Positions 37,479-47,405 are shown, numbered from the stretch's first letter. The stretch is DNA of 52,464 nt from Limnohabitans sp. (GCA_044361935.1 JBIKHW010000001.1:1-52464), one strand, 5' to 3'. Notes: generated by a model from the sequence alone, not told the origin. Numbers and translations: made by a program.

Positions 37479-37995
37479 TGCAAGTTTCTCCAAGGTTAAA
37501 CAAGAGCCCCAAATCAGTTGGGTGATGTTCACCCGTCTAGACCCAGAGCCAACCCCCAAAGCGGTAGGTTGTTTCTATTGCACCAGAGCATGGTGACTTC
37601 GCCAAGACATTGGAAAAAGAAAACCACTTTTCGTTGCAGGCATGCAACACAGCCTAGGGCTTCCCCTTGGTAGGGACTATTTGATTTGTCAGTTTTGTCA
37701 ATAATTTCAAGTACTTCCGGACTCTTTTAGAGCCGTCACCTGAGACAGCGGTTGATCCTGCTTTTCTGATGTTTGAATTTTTTTTCACTGCCACCCGGCA
37801 ATTTGCAGCCTTGTCTGTGACATTTCGCATTCAGCAATCGGCTGCTTGCCGGTGCTGAAGCCCCTGAACTACAAATTTTGGATCTTTGAAGAGCATTGCA
37901 GGACGAATCTGTCGGGGCCCCAAGATGCCGACCGCCCACGAGGCGTTCTGTTGCACAGGCCTTGGCACAGCGGGCGCTTTGTATACACTGAGCGC

Positions 37996-38619
37996 ATGAT
38001 GAATGCCCTGATTTTGGCCGCCGACAGTGCTTTGCGTACTTTGTGCGCCGAGCCCCGCGCCAGTCGGCCCAGCCCAGCCGCTTCTGTGACTGCGTTGCAA
38101 CTGAACGATGCCGAGCGTCGCCAAGCCGGGGCGCTGATGCGCATCAACCATGTGGGCGAGGTTTGCGCCCAAGCGCTGTACACCGGTCAAGCCTTGGCTT
38201 GCAAAAGTCCGGCCCTGCGCGCGCAGCTGGCCGAAGCCAGCCGCGAAGAAACCGACCACTTGGCCTGGACCCAACAGCGTCTGGACGATCTGAACGACCG
38301 CCCCTCCCTGCTCAACCCCCTTTGGTATGCCGGTGCGTTTGCCATTGGTTTTGCAGCTGGCAAGATCGGCGGCGACCAAGTCAGCCTGGGTTTTGTGGTC
38401 GAGACCGAGCGCCAGGTCGAGGCCCACCTGCAAAGCCACATGGATTTGTTGCCAGCCGCCGACACCGCATCACGCGCGATCGTGTCGCAAATGAAGGCTG
38501 ACGAAATCGCCCACGCCCAGATGGCCATGAAAGCCGGTGCTGCAGAACTGCCTGCCCCGGTCAAATCCATCATGACCATGGCCGCCAAGGTCATGACCAC
38601 CGTGGCGCATCGGGTCTGA
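37996..38619 (+). CDS. coq7: demethoxyubiquinone hydroxylase (di-iron)
   Basis: [39 protein letters not shown]. Confidence 0.93.
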   Translation: MMNALILAADSALRTLCAEPRASRPSPAASVTALQLNDAERRQAGALMRINHVGEVCAQALYTGQALACKSPALRAQLAEASREETDHLAWTQQRLDDLNDRPSLLNPLWYAGAFAIGFAAGKIGGDQVSLGFVVETERQVEAHLQSHMDLLPAADTASRAIVSQMKADEIAHAQMAMKAGAAELPAPVKSIMTMAAKVMTTVAHRV

Positions 38620-38635
38620 CTTGTTGGGTTGACGT

Positions 38636-39024
38636 TCAAGTCAACAATTTTTCCGTACGCCGTTTGAAAAGTTCGCGATCGCCAGTGATCAGCTTGTCTT
38701 TCAGACTTTGGGAAGGTGAGGTCATGTCAGCAAAACGCCTTCTGAAAGCGCCACCAGATCGACGGGCAAAGTGGGATGTGAGGTATCGAGCAAGCGCACA
38801 TCTACTTTGCGTCCGTCCAGCTGTCTTTGCAATTGGGCTGACAGCAAGGAGGCCTCCCAAAGCGGGTTATCAACCGCCTGATGGAGCTGAATGTGAAGGT
38901 CAATGTCCCCGCCTTTGACCGCGTCGTCCAAACGCGAACCAAACAAACGAACCTGTACGCAGTCACCAAAATGCTGCACAACAGCTTGATGGATGATGGC
39001 TTACGATTGGGCAGAAAGTCTCAT
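38636..39024 (-). pseudogene. decayed MNT nucleotidyltransferase plus truncated partner ORF (MNT-HEPN-like remnant)
   Basis: MRLSAQS*AII...LFGSRLDDAVKGGDIDL with TAA at codon 8 (39001-39003); ATGA-coupled downstream ORF (38636-38725) of only 29 aa. Confidence 0.7.
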
Positions 39025-39062
39025 GGCATTCAAAGTGAGGACAGGTTCCATGCGTAACGGAT

Positions 39063-39515
39063 TCAGCTGACTTCGACCACCTCAAAACTGGTGGTGATCT
39101 CCGCCGTTTTGCCCAGCATGATGCTGGCCGAGCAGTATTTGTCGTGGCTCATGGCGATGGCACGCTCTACCGCGCTGGCGGGCACGCCTTTGGCCGTGAC
39201 GGTGAAGTGCATGTTGATGCGGGTGAAGACTTTGGGGTCGACCTCGGCGCGTTCGCTGCTGATCTTGACGCTGCAGCCGCGCACGTCGTGACGCCCGCGC
39301 TTGAGGATGAGCACCACGTCATAGGCGGTGCAGCCGCCTGTGCCCGCCAAAAGCATTTCCATGGGGCGTGGGGCGAGGTTCTGGCCGCCGTTTTCGGGCT
39401 TGGCAGCGTCCGGGGCGCCGTCCATGTTGACGATGTGGCCCGAGCCGGTTTCGGCAACAAAGCCCATGCCCGAGCGGGTGCCGGCCGCGCCGGTCCAGGT
39501 GACTGTGCATTCCAT
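39063..39515 (-). CDS. OsmC/YhfA-family protein
   Basis: MDGAP, PRPMEMLLAGTGGCTAYDV, KYCSAS. Confidence 0.9.
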   Translation of the reverse strand: MECTVTWTGAAGTRSGMGFVAETGSGHIVNMDGAPDAAKPENGGQNLAPRPMEMLLAGTGGCTAYDVVLILKRGRHDVRGCSVKISSERAEVDPKVFTRINMHFTVTAKGVPASAVERAIAMSHDKYCSASIMLGKTAEITTSFEVVEVS

Positions 39516-39593
39516 TTTTGTTTCCTTGTATCTCATCCCTACTATTGATCCGGCCCGATGAAGTATGAATAGGCTTTATGGTTGCTTCCTCTT

Positions 39594-39690
39594 TGTCATC
39601 CCGGGCGAAGACCCGGGATCCAGCGTTGAGCACTGACTTTCGCAAAGACCTGCAGTGCATTGTGGATCCCGGCTCAAGGCCGCGATGACA
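39594..39690. repeat. inverted REP pair (GTCATCCC family)
   Basis: GTCATCCCGGGCGAAGACCCGGGATCCA ... TGGATCCCGGCTCAAGGCCGCGATGAC. Confidence 0.75.
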
Positions 39691-39859
39691 AAGAAAAAAA
39701 TTCAAACTTCACCGGACCGAATCAATGAGCGAAGGGCGCTTGATGGGTTTTGGAGGTGGTCAACTTTACAAGTTTTTGCACTTCGAGACTGTCAACTTGC
39801 TGCAACGCAACAAAAACACCCGTACAATTACGAACAAGCGTGCTTTTTTAGCCCGCACC

Positions 39860-39926
39860 CCTTGTCTCCTCCACCCTCTGAAAAGGTGGATTTGCCCCAA
39901 GTCTCAAGACTTGGGGCATTTTTTTG
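39860..39926 (+). ncRNA. Betaproteobacteria toxic-sRNA-like small RNA
   Basis: TTGTCTCCTCCACC...GGTGGA anti-SD hairpin followed by terminator GCCCCAAGTC-GACTTGGGGC-TTTTTTT; the 5' end may lie about 25 nt further upstream. Confidence 0.65.
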
Positions 39927-40020
39927 TCCAAAAATTTCTTGAACGAACCCGAACCACTTCTTCACAAGGATTTAAATACTGTCTAATGTACAAAATAGTT
40001 CTCATAAATGAGGTTCAATT

Positions 40021-42747
40021 TTGTCCACTATCTTTATCAACAAAAAAATTTGGGCTACCTGCATAGGGACATGTGCACTCCATGCCTGGGCTCAGAATAC
40101 GATCCTGATCACTGAAAAAGCCATCGAATACAGGCAATTTAATCGCGTGCAAATTACAGGCTCGAGCATCATCCGCAAAGAGACCATTCAAGCCTTGCCG
40201 GTGCAAATCATCACCCGGCAAGACATTCAGAACTCTCTGGCCAAAAACCTCGAAGACCTCTTGCATGCGCATCCAGCCATGCTGAACTTCAGCCAACCGC
40301 CTAATTTGGGTTTGACCCGAGGAGGCTATTCCTCCGCTTCATTACACGGTATGCCAACAGGCACCCTGGTGCTGCTCAATGGGCAGCGCCTGGCCAGTTA
40401 CCCCAGGCAAACCATCATCTCCATCGAGCGCAGTGGCACCGACTTGTCACAAATTCCGCTCAGCGCTGTCGATCGCATTGAATTGCTGTCAGACGGTGCA
40501 TCGTCACTTTACGGGACGGATGCCATCGCTGGTGTCGTGAACATCATCACGCAAACAGAGCGCAAACAATGGGAGGTCACAGCACAAACACGAATACCAG
40601 ACCATCAAAAAGGGGTGGGGAAAAGCTTGCAAATCAACGGCGGAAAAGGCGAGCTCAAGCGTGACGGGTACAGCTGGGTTCTGACCGCTGAAATCGAGCA
40701 ACAAGATGCTCTGCTTGGCAAAGATCGTCCTTATGCATCAATGGGACGCTACGAGTTTTCGCATGAAGGCAGGTTGTACACAAGGGACGGACCTGCATTG
40801 ACGCCAGTTCAATCCGTTCCAACATTGAGCACCAGCAATAAAACCAGTGCGCCGTTCGGTCGCCTCTGGAATGCGATGTACCAAAATGGCGAATGCCCGA
40901 AAACCTATTTGGCAGACCAGACCCAGCCTGCATGTCTTTACAACCCCTATGCAGACTTTAGCCTCTACCCCAAGCAGGACATGAAACGCCTGCACTCGCA
41001 ATTGCAATGGCAAACCTCTGCAGGCGTGGCCTATGCCGAGTTGCTGCACAGCCAGATTGACCAAGAGCGCTTGAGCACCCGCTGGGACACGTATGTCAGC
41101 CGTATCGGAAGCAACCCGACCGATCCCGGCTATGCCTTGGCCAGTGCACAGGGCTTCACGCCAGGACAAACATTTTTGCTGTGGCGACCTTCTGAATTGG
41201 GCGCTCTGAGCCAGTTCTACCAAGACAAATACACCAGCATCCGCACGGGGATCAAAGGCACATGGTCCGATTGGGACTATCAAGCCAGCGCGTCTTGGTC
41301 GCAGAGTTCCGGAAGATGGTCACGAGAAACCGCCACCTACCCCAACTTGGGGCGGACAACAGACACCGCGAGGGTTTTGACAAACGACGTGCTTCTGATG
41401 CCACTGAACTCAGGCGCACAAAGCAGCGAAGAAATGAAGGCCTTGCTGGCCTCCTTGCCCGTGCAAAAATTTTTCGACCAAGGCATGACGCAAGCGCAAT
41501 CGTTGCAGCTGAACGCCTCCAAAGCCGTCGGGGAGTTCAATGGACAGGATATGTTGGTCGGGTGGGGTGCCGAATGGCGACAACACACAGACCGATATAC
41601 ACCCGACCTGTCACGTCAACCCGCATTCAATGCATCGCGACAGATTTGGGCGCAGTATGTTGAATTGATCTTGCCTGTGACCAGCAACGCAGAAATTTCA
41701 GGGGCTGTACGGCACGACCGTTACAGTGATTTTGGCGGCACCACCAATGCCAAGCTGGCAGGCAAATGGCTCTGGACACCACAATGGCTTCTGCGGGGCT
41801 CGGTCGGCACTGGCTTTCGCGCACCCACCCTGGGACAAATGACAGAGACGGAAACTTTCTCAAGCGCTTTTGTTACCAGTACCGGATGCGCAGGCGTACT
41901 GAACCAAGTGGCTGCTCAATTATCTCAATCCATGGGACGTCAGGGACAATGTGTCGACGATGAAGCCCTGTGGTTGTCAGGCAAGGGCTCTCGGGACTTA
42001 AAGCCCGAAACCTCCGTTCAGCAGACACTGGGGCTTCGGTTCATGCCCAGCGCCAGTCATTCCTTCAGCGTGGACTACTGGCGCATCAGCATGCGCGATA
42101 CGATTCGCCAATACCCGTTCAATCTTGTCTTGTCTGATCCACTGAAAAATACGCAATTTTTTACGCTGAACTCATCCGATCGACTGGATCTGTACTTGCC
42201 AATGGTCAATATGGGGTCTTCTGTGAAGTCGGGGTTGGATCTGTCCTGGATTTACCGGGTACCCATCGACAGCGGGCGAATTTTCTTCAAGTTTGACACC
42301 ACGCACTACCTGAAGTCTGAACAAATCATCATTCCAGGCTCAGCCTCTAGCAGTGATTTGGGGAAATATTCAGACGCATCCGGCACCGTCACTCCCCGCA
42401 AAGTGTCACGCTGGACAGCGGTATACCAGCACGCCCAAGGATCGATTTCAGCGACGCTGAACCACACCAGTGGTTACATCAGTGACACTTTTCCGGCACT
42501 AGACCAGCAAACTGGAAAGCTTACCGACATCACGGGAATGAAAGTTCCATCTTTCTGGACCTTGGATTTGCAAACTCGCTACAACTGGTCATCCAACATC
42601 ACATTGAAAGCAGCTGTTGGCAATATTTTGAACCGAGCAGCACCGATGTCATTTACCCAGAACACAAGTACCCTCATTGGCATCAACCCCAACTTGAGCT
42701 CGACATGGGGACGCACTCTGTCGCTTGGCGTGACAGCCCGATTTTGA
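40021..42747 (+). CDS. TonB-dependent outer-membrane receptor
   Basis: VQITGSSI TonB-box-like, plug TLVLLNGQR/IPLSAVDRIELL.DGASSLYGTDAIAGVVNII, GFRAP, LKPETS, C-terminal F; start codon uncertain. Confidence 0.9.
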   Translation: MSTIFINKKIWATCIGTCALHAWAQNTILITEKAIEYRQFNRVQITGSSIIRKETIQALPVQIITRQDIQNSLAKNLEDLLHAHPAMLNFSQPPNLGLTRGGYSSASLHGMPTGTLVLLNGQRLASYPRQTIISIERSGTDLSQIPLSAVDRIELLSDGASSLYGTDAIAGVVNIITQTERKQWEVTAQTRIPDHQKGVGKSLQINGGKGELKRDGYSWVLTAEIEQQDALLGKDRPYASMGRYEFSHEGRLYTRDGPALTPVQSVPTLSTSNKTSAPFGRLWNAMYQNGECPKTYLADQTQPACLYNPYADFSLYPKQDMKRLHSQLQWQTSAGVAYAELLHSQIDQERLSTRWDTYVSRIGSNPTDPGYALASAQGFTPGQTFLLWRPSELGALSQFYQDKYTSIRTGIKGTWSDWDYQASASWSQSSGRWSRETATYPNLGRTTDTARVLTNDVLLMPLNSGAQSSEEMKALLASLPVQKFFDQGMTQAQSLQLNASKAVGEFNGQDMLVGWGAEWRQHTDRYTPDLSRQPAFNASRQIWAQYVELILPVTSNAEISGAVRHDRYSDFGGTTNAKLAGKWLWTPQWLLRGSVGTGFRAPTLGQMTETETFSSAFVTSTGCAGVLNQVAAQLSQSMGRQGQCVDDEALWLSGKGSRDLKPETSVQQTLGLRFMPSASHSFSVDYWRISMRDTIRQYPFNLVLSDPLKNTQFFTLNSSDRLDLYLPMVNMGSSVKSGLDLSWIYRVPIDSGRIFFKFDTTHYLKSEQIIIPGSASSSDLGKYSDASGTVTPRKVSRWTAVYQHAQGSISATLNHTSGYISDTFPALDQQTGKLTDITGMKVPSFWTLDLQTRYNWSSNITLKAAVGNILNRAAPMSFTQNTSTLIGINPNLSSTWGRTLSLGVTARF

Positions 42748-42822
42748 ACATTGAACCGAATCAGGGGACGGTATCATCACCCGGCTGCCCCGGATGATCC
42801 GGTTGCTCGCCCTCGATTCAAT

Positions 42823-44370
42823 ATGACCACCAACAAACTCAACCCCGCCGATTACCTGATCAAAATTCTCAACGCCAAGGTCTATGACGTGGCGACCGAA
42901 TCGGCCCTGGAACCCGCCAAGAACCTGTCGCGCCGTTTGGGCAACCAGGTGCTGCTCAAGCGCGAAGACCAGCAGCCCGTGCACAGCTTCAAGCTGCGCG
43001 GGGCTTACAACAAGATGGCGCACCTGAGCCCCGAGCAGCTCAAGAAAGGCGTCATCTGCGCCTCGGCTGGTAACCACGCGCAAGGTGTGGCCCTGAGCGC
43101 CAGCCGCTTGGGCACCCGCGCCGTGATTGTCATGCCCACCACCACGCCGCAGGTGAAGATCGATGCGGTCAAAGGGCTAGGGGGCGAAGTGGTGCTGTTT
43201 GGTGACAGCTATTCGGATGCCTACAACCATTCGCTGGCCTTGCAAAAAAAACAGGGCCTGAGCTTTGTGCACCCCTTTGACGACCCGGACGTGATCGCAG
43301 GCCAGGGCACGATCGCCATGGAAATGCTGAGTCAGCACCAAGGCCCACTCGATGCGGTGTTTGTCGCCATTGGCGGCGGTGGCTTGATCAGCGGTGTGGC
43401 CAATTACATCAAGGCGGTGCGCCCAGGAGTGAAGGTGATTGGCGTGCAGATGAACGACTCCAACGCCATGATCCAATCGGTCAACGCCAAACAGCGCGTG
43501 ACCTTGTCCGATGTGGGCCTGTTTTCAGACGGCACCGCCGTGAAGCTGGTGGGCGAAGAGACCTTCCGCGTGGCCAGCAACTTGGTGGACGAGTACATGA
43601 CCGTGGACACCGATGCGGTGTGCGCGGCCATCAAAGATGTGTTTGTGGACACCCGCTCGATCGTGGAGCCTGCAGGCGCACTGGCTGTGGCGGCCATCAA
43701 GCAGTATGTGGCCGCGCACAAATGCAAGGGCCAGACCTTTGCGGCCATCTTGTGCGGTGCCAACATGAACTTTGACCGCCTGCGCTTTGTGGCCGAACGT
43801 GCTGACGTAGGCGAGGAGAAAGAAGCCCTGTTTGCGGTGACCATTCCGGAAGAGCGTGGCAGCTTCAAGCGCTTTTTGGAACTGATCGGCAGCCTGCCGG
43901 GCGGACCGCGCAATGTGACCGAGTTCAATTACCGCATGAGCGATTCGGACAAAGCCCATGTGTTTTTGGGTTTGAGCACCCACGGCAAGGGAGAAAGCAC
44001 CAAGATCGCGGCCAAATTCAACAAGCAGCAGTTCAAGGCGATTGACCTGACGCACGACGAACTTGCTAAAGAGCACATCCGCCACATGGTGGGCGGACAC
44101 TCGGCCCTGTCGCAAGACGAACGCCTGCTGCGCTTTGAATTTCCCGAGCGGCCCGGCGCCTTGCTCAAATTCTTGAGCCTGATGCGCCCGGGCTGGAACA
44201 TCTCTTTGTTCCATTACCGCAACCAGGGTGCAGACTACGGCCGCATTCTGGTGGGCCTGCAGGTACCGCCCAAGGACGACAAAGCCTTTGACAAGTTCCT
44301 CAAAACGCTGGGCTATCCGTATGCGGAAGAGACCGATAACCCGGTGTACCGCCTGTTTTTGCGCGCCTGA
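42823..44370 (+). CDS. ilvA: threonine dehydratase, biosynthetic
   Basis: KREDQQPVHSFKLRGAYN, SAGNHAQG, GGGGL, ACT-like C-terminal domains. Confidence 0.96.
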   Translation: MTTNKLNPADYLIKILNAKVYDVATESALEPAKNLSRRLGNQVLLKREDQQPVHSFKLRGAYNKMAHLSPEQLKKGVICASAGNHAQGVALSASRLGTRAVIVMPTTTPQVKIDAVKGLGGEVVLFGDSYSDAYNHSLALQKKQGLSFVHPFDDPDVIAGQGTIAMEMLSQHQGPLDAVFVAIGGGGLISGVANYIKAVRPGVKVIGVQMNDSNAMIQSVNAKQRVTLSDVGLFSDGTAVKLVGEETFRVASNLVDEYMTVDTDAVCAAIKDVFVDTRSIVEPAGALAVAAIKQYVAAHKCKGQTFAAILCGANMNFDRLRFVAERADVGEEKEALFAVTIPEERGSFKRFLELIGSLPGGPRNVTEFNYRMSDSDKAHVFLGLSTHGKGESTKIAAKFNKQQFKAIDLTHDELAKEHIRHMVGGHSALSQDERLLRFEFPERPGALLKFLSLMRPGWNISLFHYRNQGADYGRILVGLQVPPKDDKAFDKFLKTLGYPYAEETDNPVYRLFLRA

Positions 44371-44409
44371 ACGTCCCACAAGCCAGCTCGGCTGGCCACT
44401 CCAGGTGCG

Positions 44410-44892
44410 TCAAGGTGCCTTGTCGGTGCCGGGCAAACTGAGTGAAAAAAGAGCCGCCCCTTGGGCGCTGACGCCCAGCTGGGCTTGCTTTGGGCCCAGG
44501 CTTTGCAAAAACACGCCATCCGTCACGGTTTGCCCCACCCGGAAAGCCCTTGGCGGCTGGCCATCGACCGCAATCAGGGCACTGCCCTGGCCCGAAGCCC
44601 CGGCCACCACACCCCAGAGCTGAAAACGCGAGGATTGGGCGATGCTCACCTCGGGCACTGGCGCTGGAACTTGCACGCCCCAGACCCGAGCCATGTGAAC
44701 AGACGATTGCACTGACGATGCGCTGGTTGCTTGGGCCAAGGCCTGCACCACAGGCAGGCCCTGCACCGCGCTGCCCGAGGGAAAGTTCAGCACCCAGAAC
44801 ACCGCGCTGGCAGCAGCTGCACACCACAGCAGGGCGGCCCCAACACCGGGCCAAAACTTGGCGCTTTGTGGGGCGGGCGAGGTTTGTAACAT
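44410..44892 (-). CDS. gspC: type II secretion protein C-like
   Basis: N-terminal TM, LWGVVA...ALIAVDGQPPRAFRVG HR domain; divergent from gspG. Confidence 0.75.
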   Translation of the reverse strand: MLQTSPAPQSAKFWPGVGAALLWCAAAASAVFWVLNFPSGSAVQGLPVVQALAQATSASSVQSSVHMARVWGVQVPAPVPEVSIAQSSRFQLWGVVAGASGQGSALIAVDGQPPRAFRVGQTVTDGVFLQSLGPKQAQLGVSAQGAALFSLSLPGTDKAP

Positions 44893-44913
44893 GGCCGGAT
44901 TATGATCGAAGGC

Positions 44914-45387
44914 ATGCAAGACACCGCCCCACTCCCCGCCACAAGTTCTGAGACCGCTGCGGCTCGCCTAGCGCCAGCCCGCCAGCGCGGCTTCACCCTG
45001 ATCGAGCTGATGGTCGTGCTGGCCATCATCGGCGTGCTGGCCGCCCTCATCGTGCCCAATGTACTGGGCCGTGCGGACGACGCCCGCATCACCGCCGCCC
45101 GCACCGATGTGGGCAATCTGATGCAGGCACTCAAGCTCTACAAGCTGGACAACCAGCGCTTCCCAAGCACCGAGCAGGGCTTGAACGCCCTCATCCTCAA
45201 GCCCACCACAGAGCCCGTGCCCGGCAACTGGAAGCCTTATCTGGACAAACTGCCCAAAGACCCTTGGGGCCGTCCTTACCAATACCTGAACCCCGGCATC
45301 AAGGGCGAGGTGGATGTGCTGTCCTTTGGCGCTGACGGTCAGGCCGGCGGTGAGGGCAACAATGCCGACCTCGGCAGCTGGCAGTAA
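44914..45387 (+). CDS. gspG: type II secretion major pseudopilin
   Basis: RGFTLIELMVV, YKLDNQRFPSTEQGL, LPKDPWG. Confidence 0.95.
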   Translation: MQDTAPLPATSSETAAARLAPARQRGFTLIELMVVLAIIGVLAALIVPNVLGRADDARITAARTDVGNLMQALKLYKLDNQRFPSTEQGLNALILKPTTEPVPGNWKPYLDKLPKDPWGRPYQYLNPGIKGEVDVLSFGADGQAGGEGNNADLGSWQ

Positions 45388-45850
45388 ACGCCCAAGCGCC
45401 CTGTACCAGGGCTTCACGCTACTGGAGCTGCTGGTGGTGGTGGCCTTGATCGCCGTGGCCACCGCGGGCGTGAGCCTGTCGCTGCGAGACAGTGCCCAAA
45501 GCGCCCTGCAGCGCGATGCCGAACGCCTGGCCGTGCTGCTGGAAACCGGCCGCGCCCAGGCACGCGCCAACGGGTTGCCGGTGGTCTGGCGCACCCAAGA
45601 CAACTCAGCCAAACCCGTGCAAAGTTTTGTTTTTGAAGGCCTGCCACCGCCTGGCCTGCCGCAAAACTGGTTGGCCGATAGCACCCGCGCTGCGCCAGGC
45701 AGCGCCATCACTTTAGGACCGGAGCCCCTGATCGAGCCCCAGGGCGTGGCGGTGTCCAGCGTCTTGGCACCGGGTCAGCCACTGTGGGTGGTCACCGATG
45801 GGTTGCGGCCGTTCAAGGTTCAAAACACCGCCGTATGGGTGGGGCCGTGA
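45362..45850 (+). CDS. gspH: type II secretion minor pseudopilin H
   Basis: MPTSAAG...QGFTLLELLVV; overlaps the gspG end. Confidence 0.85.
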   Translation: MPTSAAGSKRPSALYQGFTLLELLVVVALIAVATAGVSLSLRDSAQSALQRDAERLAVLLETGRAQARANGLPVVWRTQDNSAKPVQSFVFEGLPPPGLPQNWLADSTRAAPGSAITLGPEPLIEPQGVAVSSVLAPGQPLWVVTDGLRPFKVQNTAVWVGP

Positions 45851-46617
45851 GGACGCGCGCCATCTCACCTGCAGGAACTGCAATGAATGCGGTGTCTCAG
45901 GGGTCCAAGAGATGGATCCCGGATCAAGTCCGGGATGACAGCCTGTGGGACCTCGGCACCGCACGCACACAAGAACCCAAGTCCGCATGCATCTCCCAGC
46001 CTGTCATCCCGGCCCCTGCGCCGGGACCTACCTCCCAACCTGTCATCCCGGCCCCTGCGCCGGGATCCACCGCCCATCGTGTCATCCCGGCCCCTGCGCC
46101 GGGATCCACCGCCCATCGTGTCATCCCGGCCTCCGAACCGGGACCTACCTCCCAACCTGTCATCCCGGCCTCCGAGCCGGGACCTACCTCCCAACCTGTC
46201 ATCCCGGCCCCCGAGCCGGGATCCACCGCCCATCGTGTCATCCCGGCCTCCGAGCCGGGATCCATCTTGCAGCGCGGCTTCACCCTGATCGAGGTGCTGG
46301 TCGCCCTGGGCATCACCGCCATAGCGCTCATGGCCGGGCTGCAGGCCACAGGCTCGCTTAGCCGCAATGCCGAACGCCAGACGGTGAGCATGCTGGGGCA
46401 GATCTGCGCCGACAACCAATTGATCGCGCTGCGCTTGCGCCGACAACTGCCCGACACGGGCAACACCAGCGTCGAGTGCATGCAGGCCGGGCGCTTGCTG
46501 CAGGTCGAGGTGTCGGTGCGGCCCACGCCCAACCCCAATTTCAGGCGCGTCGATGCACGGGTGCTGGACCAAGGCGTTTATGTGCTGCAGGTATCCACCG
46601 TGATGGGGCGCAACTAA
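45847..46617 (+). CDS. gspI: type II secretion minor pseudopilin I with a REP-expanded leader
   Basis: GTGA overlap with the gspH stop; RG|FTLIEVLVAL at 46279; PTPNPNFRRVD; alternative start TTG 46267. Confidence 0.82.
   Translation: MRTRAISPAGTAMNAVSQGSKRWIPDQVRDDSLWDLGTARTQEPKSACISQPVIPAPAPGPTSQPVIPAPAPGSTAHRVIPAPAPGSTAHRVIPASEPGPTSQPVIPASEPGPTSQPVIPAPEPGSTAHRVIPASEPGSILQRGFTLIEVLVALGITAIALMAGLQATGSLSRNAERQTVSMLGQICADNQLIALRLRRQLPDTGNTSVECMQAGRLLQVEVSVRPTPNPNFRRVDARVLDQGVYVLQVSTVMGRN
45914..46264. repeat. REP array: one inverted copy plus seven 39-bp tandem palindromic units
   Basis: GTCATCCCGGC.....GCCGGGA units at 46003, 46042, 46081, 46120, 46159, 46198 and 46237. Confidence 0.92.
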
Positions 46618-47405
46618 TGGCCGCGCAACGGATGGTGACAAGCCAACAAACCACACGCGGCTTTACCCTGATCGAGGTGCTGGTGGCCATCAGCGTGATG
46701 GCCCTGATGAGCCTGATGGCCTGGCGCGGGCTGGACGGCATGCTGCGCAGCCAAAGCAGTTTGCAAAGCCGCTCGGACGAAATCCGCGGCCTGCAAGCAG
46801 GCCTGGCCCAGTGGCAAACCGACCTGGACCAATTGGCCGAGCTGCCCGGCACACCCAGCTGGGACTGGAACGGCCAGGTACTGCGCCTGACGCGGCGCAC
46901 CGCCGACGCCCCCCTGCCCAGCAGCGGCCCCAACACCAACCCCAGCGAGACAAATCGTCAGACCGTGCCCGTGCCCGCCAGCGTGCGCGTGGTGGCCTGG
47001 ACTTGGCGCAGCGACCCGGGTCGGCCCGGCGGCGGCGACTGGCAGCGTTGGCAATCACCGCCCTTGAGCCAGCGCCAAGACTGGCAAGGCGCCTGGGCGC
47101 TGGCCGGGCAATGGGGTCAGACCGCCAACGACAGCACACGCGCCGGCCAGATCCAGATTCACCCTTTGTCGGGCTGGCAGCTGTTCGTGCACCGGGGCGG
47201 CAGCTGGACCAACCCCTTGTCGAGCGCCGCTGTGACCGCAGGCACGCCCGGCAACCCCAACACAAACACCAACTCGAACGCAAATGCCAGCGCCACCACC
47301 CCCGACGGTGTGCGTCTGGTGCTGACCCTGCCCCCCGGCCCCGCAGGCGCGGGCACGCTCACCCTGGACTGGGTGCGCCCCACCTTGTCGGGAGCGCCAT
47401 CGTGA
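46617..47405 (+). CDS. gspJ: type II secretion minor pseudopilin J
   Basis: RGFTLIEVLVAISVMALMSLMAWRGLDGM, PDGVRLVL. Confidence 0.88.
   Translation: MAAQRMVTSQQTTRGFTLIEVLVAISVMALMSLMAWRGLDGMLRSQSSLQSRSDEIRGLQAGLAQWQTDLDQLAELPGTPSWDWNGQVLRLTRRTADAPLPSSGPNTNPSETNRQTVPVPASVRVVAWTWRSDPGRPGGGDWQRWQSPPLSQRQDWQGAWALAGQWGQTANDSTRAGQIQIHPLSGWQLFVHRGGSWTNPLSSAAVTAGTPGNPNTNTNSNANASATTPDGVRLVLTLPPGPAGAGTLTLDWVRPTLSGAPS

Noticed and set aside
46003-46264. CRISPR array
   Set aside because: Intervening sequences are only about 12 bp and of two recurring types, the repeat belongs to the dispersed REP family, and there are no cas genes in the window
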